Positions 18,961 through 27,330 of a DNA stretch of 64,000 nt are shown in pieces. Under the pieces are notes generated by a model, which was given only the letters and a program-made list of their open reading frames with translations, did no database searches and was not told the DNA's origin. Numbering within the stretch: position 1 is the stretch's first letter; each line of letters starts with the position of its first letter. This DNA comes from Planctomycetota bacterium (GTDB taxonomy: Bacteria; Planctomycetota; MHYJ01; JACQXL01): assembly GCA_038059695.1 (NCBI GenBank), contig JBBTIZ010000023.1, positions 13,427 to 77,426 of the forward strand. The letters run 5' to 3'. A program made the translations under genes and the position numbers.

Positions 18961-20010
18961 TTATTGCGCCGTGGAATAGGCGTCCAGCTGCAATTGTTTC
19001 GCCGAGGGGTTCCGCCATTCAGATGAAGCTCGGTATTGGGCGTGGGCCATAGTCGCCACCATGACCGCATTGTCCGTACAGAGTTTCTTGGCCGGCAGAT
19101 AGAGTTTGACACCTTCTTTATTAGCCAATGACTGAAATCTATTGCGCAATGCCTCGTTGCAGGCCACGCCGCCGCCTAAGACAATGGCTTTGGCCTTTTT
19201 AAGGCGCGCCGCCTGGAAGGCCTTGGCTGTCAACGTATCAACCACCGCCGCCTGAAATGAGGCGCAAATATCCGGGATATTCAATCCCTTCTTAATCGGC
19301 GTTTTGGCCGAGGCATTCTGGCCCTTGCAATGATACAACACCGCGGTTTTTAATCCGCTGAAACTGAAATCCAACGACCCTTCTGATGCAATGCCTCTGG
19401 GGAATTTAATCGCGCTGGGATTGCCCTGGCGGGCCATCTTCTCAATAAGCGGGCCGCCCGGATAACCCAGTCCCAACATCTTAGCCACCTTGTCAAATGA
19501 TTCCCCGGCCGCATCATCCCGGGTCCGGCCCAGCACGCGATAACTAACCGGAGATTTAACATAAAACAAGGTCGTGTGCCCGCCTGAAACCACTAACCCC
19601 ACATAAGGATACACTAAATCCTCAACTAAATTATTAACATAGAGATGCGCCTCAATATGATTAATCGGAATCAGCGGTTTATTCAGAACCCAGGCCAGTG
19701 TCTTGGCTGTGGACAACCCGACCAATAATGCCCCGATTAAACCCGGCCGATTGGTCACAGCCACGGCAGAAATATCATTCAACTCAACGCGGGCATCCTT
19801 TAACGCCTTTTTCATAATCGGCAGGATTGTCTCGATATGCGCCCGGCAGGCAATCTCCGGAACCACGCCTCCATAGACGCTGTGTATGTCAATCTGGGAC
19901 AGGACCACATCAGCCAGAACCTCTTTCCCGTCTCTAACAATACTTGCTGCGGTCTCGTCGCAGGATGTCTCAATACCCAGACAGATAAAGGATTTGATTT
20001 TATTTCCCAT
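18961..20010 (-). CDS. tsaD: tRNA N6-adenosine threonylcarbamoyltransferase TsaD (Kae1/Gcp)
   Basis: LGIETSCDETAASIV and the GGV..N region are typical of TsaD. Confidence 0.85.
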   Translation of the reverse strand: MGNKIKSFICLGIETSCDETAASIVRDGKEVLADVVLSQIDIHSVYGGVVPEIACRAHIETILPIMKKALKDARVELNDISAVAVTNRPGLIGALLVGLSTAKTLAWVLNKPLIPINHIEAHLYVNNLVEDLVYPYVGLVVSGGHTTLFYVKSPVSYRVLGRTRDDAAGESFDKVAKMLGLGYPGGPLIEKMARQGNPSAIKFPRGIASEGSLDFSFSGLKTAVLYHCKGQNASAKTPIKKGLNIPDICASFQAAVVDTLTAKAFQAARLKKAKAIVLGGGVACNEALRNRFQSLANKEGVKLYLPAKKLCTDNAVMVATMAHAQYRASSEWRNPSAKQLQLDAYSTAQ

Positions 20011-20107
20011 TTCGTATTCTTATCCTGTTTGTCATTCCGTGCTTGAGCCACTGGCTCCCTGTGGGACACGGAATCCAGTATTTAAGATATTGCGCTAGAT
20101 TCCTGCT

Positions 20108-20119
20108 GGAGTTTATCCC
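20108..20119. repeat. Core of dispersed repeat family ggataaactcc (copy in reverse orientation)
   Basis: 11-mer core shared with 42123-42133, 45283-45293 and 47465-47475, all intergenic or at 5' ends. Confidence 0.55.
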
Positions 20120-20167
20120 AGTGGGGCAGGACTGACATCTTTGAGTAACTCGCTTGTGTTCCCCGGC

Positions 20168-21496
20168 CTATTTTCCCTCTTGCAGGAACTTTATGGCCCG
20201 CTCCAGTTGGACATCCGTAAAATCATCCGTACCATCGTCCGGGTCGCCTGCCCGTTCGTCAGTCGGGTCAGCGGCCTTTGAGGCCGGATTCAATCTGGTC
20301 TTGAGCAGTTTGGCCTCTTCCTGGGGCGACATCTCCACCAGGATATCCGGCTCCAGTCCGAAATCCTTAACGCCCTTGTCGCGCTCCAGGCACCGGCCCG
20401 AAGGCGTATAATAACGGGCCGTGGTCAGTTTCACCGCGCCGGTCACATTCTTCTTGGCATCCCGGATGGTAAAGACGGACTGGACCGAACCTTTGCCGTA
20501 GGTATGCGAGCCGATTAACGTGGCCCGGCGATGGTCTTTCAGGGCGCCGGCCAGAATCTCCGAAGCGCTGGCCGAACTGCCGTTAACCAGAATCACAATC
20601 GGCGTTGCCGTAATGGCCTTGTCGCCCGAATCCGCCTTGATTTCCTCATTCATGGTCTTGCCCTTGAGCGAAATCAGGATTCCGGACGGAATAAAGCGGT
20701 TAGCCATCTTGAGCGCGGCATCCATCAGCCCGCCGCCGTTGAATCGCAAATCAACAATCAGCGAATTCATCTGCTTGTCCTGGAGTTTCTGTAAGGCCTG
20801 GTCGAATAAATCAGCTGTATCCTCTTGGAAAGCCGTGATTCTGAGATAACCGATGCGCGCCTTCCGGTCCACAATCCTGATATCCTTGACGCTCTTCATA
20901 TTGATGACTTCCCGAACCAACGTGATATCCACTGTAGTTTCATCTTTATGCAATATCTTTAAGGTGACCGAGGTGCCGGGCTTACCCCTGACTTTCTTGG
21001 AGCAATCAGAAATAGACAGACCTTCGGTTGTCTCGCCGTTGATTTCCAGAATCTTATCGCCGGGCAGGATGCCGGCCCTGAAGGCCGGGGTATCCTCGAA
21101 CGGAGCGATTATGGTGATAATCCCGTCTTCCACGGAGATTTCCACGCCGATGCCGCCGTATTCGCCCTTGGTTTCCGAGATAAAAGAGTTGTATTCATCA
21201 GCATTCATATACTGGCTGTAGGGGTCCAGCCCGCTGACCATGCCCTTGATGGCGCTCTCAAACACCGCATCCTTGTCTGGCTCCTTGAAAAAATTATCCT
21301 TGATGAGATGGTAGATATTTTCTATGTCCTGAAGTGTTTTCTGGTTATTCTGGGGAGCGCTCGTTGTCGTTGCCGCCGTTGCCCCGGCGTAGAAATTCCT
21401 GCCCTCCAGGATGGTCTTGCCGACCAGAAAGGTCATGGCCAGCAGAACGATTAGGAATACGACGTTGAGCCATTTTTGATAAGTAATTGATTTCAT
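20168..21496 (-). CDS. ctpA: Carboxyl-terminal processing protease (S41 family, CtpA/Prc)
   Basis: PDZ segment (GILPGDKILEINGE) and S41 catalytic region VILVNGSSASASEILAGALKD...GKGSVQ. Confidence 0.8.
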   Translation of the reverse strand: MKSITYQKWLNVVFLIVLLAMTFLVGKTILEGRNFYAGATAATTTSAPQNNQKTLQDIENIYHLIKDNFFKEPDKDAVFESAIKGMVSGLDPYSQYMNADEYNSFISETKGEYGGIGVEISVEDGIITIIAPFEDTPAFRAGILPGDKILEINGETTEGLSISDCSKKVRGKPGTSVTLKILHKDETTVDITLVREVINMKSVKDIRIVDRKARIGYLRITAFQEDTADLFDQALQKLQDKQMNSLIVDLRFNGGGLMDAALKMANRFIPSGILISLKGKTMNEEIKADSGDKAITATPIVILVNGSSASASEILAGALKDHRRATLIGSHTYGKGSVQSVFTIRDAKKNVTGAVKLTTARYYTPSGRCLERDKGVKDFGLEPDILVEMSPQEEAKLLKTRLNPASKAADPTDERAGDPDDGTDDFTDVQLERAIKFLQEGK

Positions 21497-21581
21497 CTGT
21501 GAATCTCCTTAGTAATTAACAACGGGATTTAACGGATTGAATAGATTAAACAATCAGATAAATCCTGCTTAATCCTGTTGT

Positions 21582-22928
21582 TTAAAGTTTACTTAATCTG
21601 GCCGCCACGGCTTGGGCCGCAATCATCACCGGTTCCCAGACATCGGTCACCGGCGGCGAGTAACAGAAATCGCTCTTTAAGATATCGGCTATTGTCATCT
21701 TATTCTGAATAGCCAGTGAAATCATATTTACCCGCAGGGCCGCTCCGGATTTACAGAGCACCTGGCCGCCGATAATCCGTTTGGTTTCCTTGTCCGCTAT
21801 AAGTTTAATATGCACGTCCGTCCCGCCCGGATAATAATGCGGTAACGAAGGGTACTTTATCAGAGCCGAAACCGGGTCAATCCCGAATCCCGTATCCCGA
21901 ATCCCGTATTCTGTCATCCCCACACTACCAATTTCAAGGTCCAGCAGTTTCAGGACCGAGGCGTTTAATATAGCCGGCCCGGTCTCGTCTTTGCCCGTTG
22001 CATTGACTCCGGCCACTACGCCCTGCCGGGCCGCAATCGTGCCCAGTCCGATGACTATGGGCTGGCCGGTCAGGTCAGAGATGCTCTCGGCGCAATCACC
22101 AACCGCATAGACCTCAGGCAGGTTGGTCCTGAGGGCCTTATCAACCTTTATTCCGCCGGTCACGCCGATAGTCACGCCCATGTCCTTGGCTAATTTCACG
22201 GACGGCCTGACACCGGTGGAAATAACCACCAGAGAATCTTTATATTCATTCAAATCCGAAATGCTCTTGTCTTCTATTAACTTTATTCCCTCGGCGATGA
22301 GTCGCTGCCGGGCCATCTGGCTGATTTCCTTATCCAGCATCCGCCAGAGCAGGTATTTCTGTTCTATGACCGTGACATCTAATCCCAGATGTTTTAATGC
22401 CTCGGCGGTTTCGAGACCGATGAAACTGGCGCCGACAGTAACCGCTGATTTAGCGGATTTTGCAGATTCCATTATTCTTTTGGCGTCATCAATCGTGCGC
22501 AGGACACAGACATTCTTGCCATCAATTCCGGCAATGGGCGGCTTGGCCGGCGTGGAACCCGTGGCGAATATCAGAGCGTCGTATCCAACTGTGTCTGTTT
22601 TATCTGTAAGCACATTACGGTAGGTAACCTCGTGCGCTTGATGGTTTATCCCGGTTACCTCTGTAGCCAGTTTCTGGGTGATTTTCTGCGATGCAAATAT
22701 CTTTGGTGGAAACACCACCAGGTTTTCTATGGGACTAATCGTACCCTTGATGGCAAAGGGCAGTCCGCACCGGGAATAGGTGGAATGCGACTCCTTATCA
22801 ATGATGGTGATTTCTGTCATGCCTTCGGCAGATCCGCCGTGGCGGACAGTCCGGTCGGTCTTGCGGGCCGAGAATGCGGCCGAGGCGCCGGCTGTCCCGC
22901 CCCCGATTATCACGATTCTCTTTGGCAT
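21582..22928 (-). CDS. FAD-dependent pyridine nucleotide-disulfide oxidoreductase (CoA-disulfide reductase/NADH oxidase family)
   Basis: N-terminal FAD Rossmann IVIIGGGTAGASAA, second Rossmann VTVGASFIGLETAEAL, and GDCA motif. Confidence 0.7.
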   Translation of the reverse strand: MPKRIVIIGGGTAGASAAFSARKTDRTVRHGGSAEGMTEITIIDKESHSTYSRCGLPFAIKGTISPIENLVVFPPKIFASQKITQKLATEVTGINHQAHEVTYRNVLTDKTDTVGYDALIFATGSTPAKPPIAGIDGKNVCVLRTIDDAKRIMESAKSAKSAVTVGASFIGLETAEALKHLGLDVTVIEQKYLLWRMLDKEISQMARQRLIAEGIKLIEDKSISDLNEYKDSLVVISTGVRPSVKLAKDMGVTIGVTGGIKVDKALRTNLPEVYAVGDCAESISDLTGQPIVIGLGTIAARQGVVAGVNATGKDETGPAILNASVLKLLDLEIGSVGMTEYGIRDTGFGIDPVSALIKYPSLPHYYPGGTDVHIKLIADKETKRIIGGQVLCKSGAALRVNMISLAIQNKMTIADILKSDFCYSPPVTDVWEPVMIAAQAVAARLSKL

Positions 22929-22998
22929 ATTCCAAGATTAACCTATGGGAATTGTAAAATCAATAAATATCCGCATAAAATGCAACCACAGATGCACA

Positions 22999-23056
22999 CA
23001 GATATACACAGATAAATGCGAACACGAATGGCACGAATAGAACGAATATCACGAAT
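22999..23056. repeat. Array of short direct repeats (cacagat x3, then NNcgaat x4), one of the CACGAAT-family arrays
   Basis: cacagatgcacacagatatacacagataaatgcgaacacgaatggcacgaatagaacgaatatcacgaat. Related arrays at 25871-25966, 35522-35640 and 52663-52722. Confidence 0.6.
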
Positions 23057-23057
23057 T

Positions 23058-23093
23058 AAATCCCCTCTATTAAGAGGGGTAAGGGGTGTGTTA
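23058..23093. repeat. Hairpin REP-like element aaatcccctctattaagaggggtaaggggtgtgtta (copy 2)
   Basis: Matches 10011-10047. Confidence 0.65.
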
Positions 23094-23146
23094 ATTACAT
23101 TACTTGCCTCTTGACAATAGTACCCTAATTTAGTAGTAAATCAACT

Positions 23147-23707
23147 ATGTCTCGTACCATTCTTATTGTTATCGGTATCCTCTGTGCCGTGATTACCGCC
23201 GCTGGCTCCATTTACCTTCTAACTTATGACCCGGAATACCAGCATAAGGAAGTTCTATCCGTCACAACTTATGTGCTACCCACAGCCAATAAATTAGATG
23301 AATGTTTATTCTCAACCCATGACGAATCTGCCCCGCCTATAACACTGACTGATAATAATAACCCCATTACGCCTTTTATTATCCCGGGCGAAATTACTAT
23401 GGATGAATCTGTTAATGCTATGAATATACAGGAGGCAAAAAATCTGGAAAAACTAGTGTTGGAACGCATAAATAAAATCATGCGTTTGAAAGACAGACAA
23501 GAAGGCGTAAAAGCCAGGGCCGAAATAAGATTTTTCCCTAATCAGAAATTAGTCAACTATCAATTATACATATACAAAGATCTATATAGCGGTAGTTTTT
23601 ATGATATAAAATGCCGGAAAGATAGTAACAAGTGGATTATTATCGATGACGGCAACGGTTCAATAGGATCTTTCCAGATGACTCACTGTTTCCAGGGTCG
23701 TTACTAA
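23147..23707 (+). CDS. Hypothetical membrane-anchored protein
   Basis: N-terminal TM ILIVIGILCAVITAAGSIYLL. No recognised domains. Confidence 0.35.
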   Translation: MSRTILIVIGILCAVITAAGSIYLLTYDPEYQHKEVLSVTTYVLPTANKLDECLFSTHDESAPPITLTDNNNPITPFIIPGEITMDESVNAMNIQEAKNLEKLVLERINKIMRLKDRQEGVKARAEIRFFPNQKLVNYQLYIYKDLYSGSFYDIKCRKDSNKWIIIDDGNGSIGSFQMTHCFQGRY

Positions 23708-23864
23708 TTCAACCGCCTGAAAATAATTTTCTATAAGGAATCCAGGAGACCCGAATGCTGCCCCTGCATTCCTGGCCTCCTTATAAATATTCTCTGCGTA
23801 ATCTGCGTTTATCTGCGTCCAAATACTCTCCGTGCCCTCTGTGTCTCTGTGGTAAAAATGTATT

Positions 23865-23890
23865 GACATTTATGGTATCGCGTGGTAAAA
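23865..23890 (+). promoter_or_regulatory. Sigma70-like promoter TTGACA-17 nt-TAAAAT upstream of or overlapping the arsM-like start
   Basis: ttgacatttatggtatcgcgtggtaaaat. The -10 box abuts the ATG at 23890, so the real start may be the Met at 23899 (leaderless) or transcription may initiate further upstream. Confidence 0.3.
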
Positions 23891-24837
23891 TGGAATCTAT
23901 GAAGAAATCAGACATAAAGAAAATCGTGCGCAAGGGCTATGGCCAAATCGCCACCAAGAGTTCATCCTGTTGCGGACCGGCTGTTTCGAAATGCGGTTGC
24001 CCGCCCTCTGGGCGAGGCCTCGCTGCGGCGGGTGGATGTAATACCAAGGCATCAAGTATATCCCTGAGCAAGGCCATGGGTTATTCGGATAAGGAAATGG
24101 CATCCGTGCCCCAGGAGGCCAATCTCGGACTAGGCTGCGGCAACCCCATTGCCCTGGCGTCCCTGAAGCCGGGCGAAACCGTGCTGGACCTGGGTTCGGG
24201 TCCGGGCCTGGACTGCTTCCTGGCCGCCAATAGGGTCGGCCCAACCGGTAAGGTCATCGGCATAGATATGACCCCGGAGATGATAGCCAAGGCGTCCGCC
24301 CTAAAGGCGAGACCTCGCTTCGGCGGGCGTAATAATACTAAGAAGAAATATACTAATGTCGAATTCCGTTTAGGCGAGATAGAAAAACTGCCTGTCGCGG
24401 ACAATTCGGTTGACGTCATCATTTCCAATTGCGTCATTAACCTCTCGCCGGACAAACCGGCCGTATTCAAAGAGGCGTTCCGGGTCTTAAAGCCGGGCGG
24501 CCGGCTGATGGTCTCGGACGTGGTCACCACCAACCAGTTGCCGGATGCGCTCAAGGAATCCATCGGCGCCTATGTCGGGTGCTTAAGCGGCGCGATAATG
24601 AAGGGCCAGTATCTCGGCACTATCAAGAAGGTCGGATTCAAGGATGTCCGGATTCTGGACGAAGCCAAATTCCCCATCAAGTTCATGCTCAACGACCTGT
24701 CTGCGTGCGACGCACAGGCAGGCCCGACCGCCAAAGCCCTGGCTGACACCATCAACCTGTCCTCAAAATCGCTCAAAGGCATCGGCGATGCGGTTGAAAG
24801 CATCAAGGTCGCGGCGGTTAAACCGGGTAGAAAATAA
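23890..24837 (+). CDS. SAM-dependent methyltransferase, arsenite methyltransferase (ArsM)-like
   Basis: Start at the MESMKK Met. Cys-rich SSSCCGPAVSKCGCP. Motif I VLDLGSGPGLD, then ...VDVIISNCVINL...VLKPGGRLMVSD. Confidence 0.6.
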   Translation: MESMKKSDIKKIVRKGYGQIATKSSSCCGPAVSKCGCPPSGRGLAAAGGCNTKASSISLSKAMGYSDKEMASVPQEANLGLGCGNPIALASLKPGETVLDLGSGPGLDCFLAANRVGPTGKVIGIDMTPEMIAKASALKARPRFGGRNNTKKKYTNVEFRLGEIEKLPVADNSVDVIISNCVINLSPDKPAVFKEAFRVLKPGGRLMVSDVVTTNQLPDALKESIGAYVGCLSGAIMKGQYLGTIKKVGFKDVRILDEAKFPIKFMLNDLSACDAQAGPTAKALADTINLSSKSLKGIGDAVESIKVAAVKPGRK

Positions 24838-24842
24838 AATAA

Positions 24843-24890
24843 GCCCCTCCCCGACATCACATCGGAGAGGGGCTATTTCTTTCTTAGAGT
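24843..24890 (+). terminator. Rho-independent terminator downstream of the arsM-like gene
   Basis: GC-rich hairpin gcccctccccgacatcacatcggagaggggc followed by tatttctttctt. Confidence 0.6.
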
Positions 24891-24940
24891 CAGTTTAAGC
24901 ATAGCGAATTACTGACTATTAGATCCGCCTCTGGCGGATA
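24887..24940. repeat. Direct repeat A (double-hairpin element) flanking the 24.9-26.9 kb cassette
   Basis: agtcagtttaagcatagcgaattactgact hairpin plus ccgcctctggcgg hairpin. About 75% identical to repeat B at 26844-26900 in the same orientation. Confidence 0.6.
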
Positions 24941-25867
24941 CTATATTACATACCCCACCACATACGGATTGAAGGTGACACTCATATTTCCGTTGGCATC
25001 AGTGAACGCATATTGGAACGAGCCAGCGATTATGGGCACAATAACCTGACCGCCGTAGACCTGATTGACATTACGCGCCTCTACGCCGATAGCGTAACAT
25101 TCAGGTTGTGTTGCATCGCGCCTGAGACGGCAATTGAGCCAACCCTGGGGCGGCGGGGCAATGCTCTGCTGCACCAATTCAATCTGCAAGATTAATGCCG
25201 TGGCCTCTGGCGGAATACTCGGATTCGGAGCCGAGGGCATCCAATCTTGGTTGCCCATCACCATCAAACTGGTCAACTGTATCCGGGTCGGCAGGAAGGT
25301 GATTCTGCTTCCCCCGCCCGCGCCGGGCGCGAGTTTCTCGGCCGTCACCGCGCCGTTGGCGATTTCGCTCGTTCCCACTGCGTTAGCCGCAATCTCGGAA
25401 GCGCCGACCGAATTGGGCGCCAGTTTGGATGCGGTTATGGCATTATCCGCTATCTTGGCATTAGTCACGGCGCTGGACGCCAGTTTTCCGCTGGTTACAT
25501 TCAGGTCCTTGATATTATCGCTCTCCACCGCATTAACCGCTATCTTGGCTCTGGTAATCGCCCCGTCTTTGATTTCCGAGCTCTCCACTTGCGGCGTAAT
25601 CGGCCTGATAAGCGGCGATGGCGGAACGATTGGCAGAACCAATTTATCCTGGGTAATCGTCCGGTCCGCAATCTTGTCGTTGGTTACGCACAGGTCAGCC
25701 AGTTTATTGGTGGTGACGCACTCCTCCTGCAACTTAGCGCTGTTGACAGCGCCGTCGGCTATCTTATCGGTCGTGACCGCGCTCTTGGCAATCTTGGATG
25801 TCGTGATTGCATAGGTCGCGATGTTTGAGGTCTTTACTTCGTTAGGTTTTAACATATAAATCTCCAA
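24941..25867 (-). CDS. Tandem nonapeptide-repeat protein (x-A-V-T-x-x-K-I/L-A periodicity) with a C-terminal globular domain of about 130 aa; fibre/surface-type
   Basis: Roughly 18 consecutive 9-residue units, e.g. SAVTTDKIADGAVNSAKLQEECVTTNKLADLCVTNDKIADRTITQDKL... The repetition is also visible at the DNA level. C-terminus from RITFLPTRIQ... is non-repetitive. Confidence 0.5.
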   Translation of the reverse strand: MEIYMLKPNEVKTSNIATYAITTSKIAKSAVTTDKIADGAVNSAKLQEECVTTNKLADLCVTNDKIADRTITQDKLVLPIVPPSPLIRPITPQVESSEIKDGAITRAKIAVNAVESDNIKDLNVTSGKLASSAVTNAKIADNAITASKLAPNSVGASEIAANAVGTSEIANGAVTAEKLAPGAGGGSRITFLPTRIQLTSLMVMGNQDWMPSAPNPSIPPEATALILQIELVQQSIAPPPQGWLNCRLRRDATQPECYAIGVEARNVNQVYGGQVIVPIIAGSFQYAFTDANGNMSVTFNPYVVGYVI

Positions 25868-25870
25868 TCT

Positions 25871-25966
25871 TTAACACGAATCACACGAATCCGGCGAATC
25901 GCACGAATAATCCATTAATTCATTCGTGTCATTCGTTCCCATTCGTCCCATTCGTGTTCGTATTTT
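25871..25966. repeat. CACGAAT-family array with palindromic arrangement (4 forward, then about 4 inverted copies)
   Basis: cacgaatcacacgaatccggcgaatcgcacgaat ... attcgtgtcattcgttcccattcgtcccattcgtg, in the intergenic region between the two cassette genes. Confidence 0.6.
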
Positions 25967-26031
25967 GTTTTAATTAAAGGGAAGCGGGGCACGGTTAATT
26001 CCGCACCCCGCATTCCACATTTCCCGTTTGG

Positions 26032-26826
26032 TTACGGTGTTGCCACCTTTATCTCCAGGTATTTCCGGCCGTCTATCAAAATCCAATCGCAATGCGAGAC
26101 CCCGGCCGTGGCAAAAGCCACATAAGCCACGTTCTGCAAAGAGGCAATCAGATTATTGATATGGTCGTTCTCCTGAGTCATGACAGTCGGGTCCCAATCC
26201 GCGCTAATCAGCGTCTTGCCTGACTGCACGATTCGGTTAACCACTGCCGACTTCAGGGCCGTTCTCATATCCGGCATCACCCGGGCCACGTTGATGGGCC
26301 CGCCCAGGCCGACCTGGTCGTCGCCCCTGAGCAGCCGTTCGGTCTTGATATCGCCGGTCAGCCACATGGCCGCTATCGGCGCCATACCTATACCAATCTC
26401 CCGTGAGCCGGTAAAAGGCAGGACGCTCCGGGCCACATGCTGTCCATAGACCTCGGCTGAGGCGTCAATCGCCTCCTTATACCGCTTGCAGGGTTCGCCA
26501 TCCACGGTCTCGAACGCCTGGGCCAGTGAACCGCGGTAGTTCTCATAACCATTGGCGATATTATCCGCCTGCTTGCGGACAATCCGGTTACGGTCCAGAC
26601 CTGAACGGGACACATAAGCCGGATTCATAGTCGGCGCGTATGCCGTGGCCGCCGGCAAAGCCATTTTGGACTTATAATCGGACTCATTGCCGATGGCCTG
26701 TTGCATCTGCTGATAGGTCAGGTCAGCGTTATTCTTGGTCCCGCGCTTCCAGCGCTCCACCTGGACCTCCCCGGCCTCTGCCAAATCCAGCAACACGGCC
26801 AGTTTTACCTCACTGATTGTTCCCAT
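26032..26826 (-). CDS. Hypothetical protein (264 aa), no recognisable domain; first gene of the cassette
   Basis: Long ORF with a balanced composition. No motif I can assign. Confidence 0.45.
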   Translation of the reverse strand: MGTISEVKLAVLLDLAEAGEVQVERWKRGTKNNADLTYQQMQQAIGNESDYKSKMALPAATAYAPTMNPAYVSRSGLDRNRIVRKQADNIANGYENYRGSLAQAFETVDGEPCKRYKEAIDASAEVYGQHVARSVLPFTGSREIGIGMAPIAAMWLTGDIKTERLLRGDDQVGLGGPINVARVMPDMRTALKSAVVNRIVQSGKTLISADWDPTVMTQENDHINNLIASLQNVAYVAFATAGVSHCDWILIDGRKYLEIKVATP

Positions 26827-26843
26827 AATCTAATCTCCTTTTC

Positions 26844-26900
26844 TTACTGACCGTTTGAGCAAAGCAAATTACGGTCAGTTAGACCCGCCTCTGGCGGGTT
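26844..26900. repeat. Direct repeat B (double-hairpin element)
   Basis: ctgaccgtttgagcaaagcaaattacggtcag hairpin plus cccgcctctggcggg hairpin. See repeat A. Confidence 0.6.
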
Positions 26901-26968
26901 ATCGTTTTAGAATCAGCCGGTTGGGCTACCGGTTCACGATAGCCCGAACCCGGCTGAGACAGATGAAG

Positions 26969-27052
26969 TTATTTCTTCACCTTATCGCGAATCACCGTAA
27001 GAACGATTTCCAAGACCGTCCTGATGATGCGCCTCCAAAAACTCTTTTTCAT
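26969..27052 (-). CDS. Candidate small ORF (27 aa), basic/hydrophobic peptide MKKSFWRRIIRTVLEIVLTVIRDKVKK
   Basis: Strong RBS AGGTGGA 7 nt upstream of the ATG. A stable hairpin (26913-26958, agccggttgggcta/tagcccgaacccggct) lies immediately downstream. Not in the ORF track because it is under 60 aa. Confidence 0.3.
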   Translation of the reverse strand: MKKSFWRRIIRTVLEIVLTVIRDKVKK

Positions 27053-27330
27053 AGTTGTTTCCACCTATTTTGTTATTTAAATGACTAACTGCCAAACAGG
27101 CATCAAGCAGATACTCATAGAAGACAAGCCGGGGCCGGGGCAAGCGGCATGACTCACCTGCGCCCGATCATGCGCCCTGGTCTTGTGTCCTGCTAATAAC
27201 ATACCGAATAGTAAGGAACTCTTCAAAGAGGGACGAACGATTACAGATTGTTTAAGATTGGCTGTTGCAACCGATTGTATTCTAAGGAGTTATGCGAGAC
27301 GGTCAAAATGAACGAAAATGAAATATGAAA

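Noticed and set aside
25134-25828. 226-aa and 193-aa ORFs on the plus strand
   Set aside because: Antisense or off-frame products of the highly repetitive nonapeptide-repeat gene. The repetitive DNA generates long open frames in several phases; the minus-strand frame has the clean repeat periodicity and the start/RBS context.
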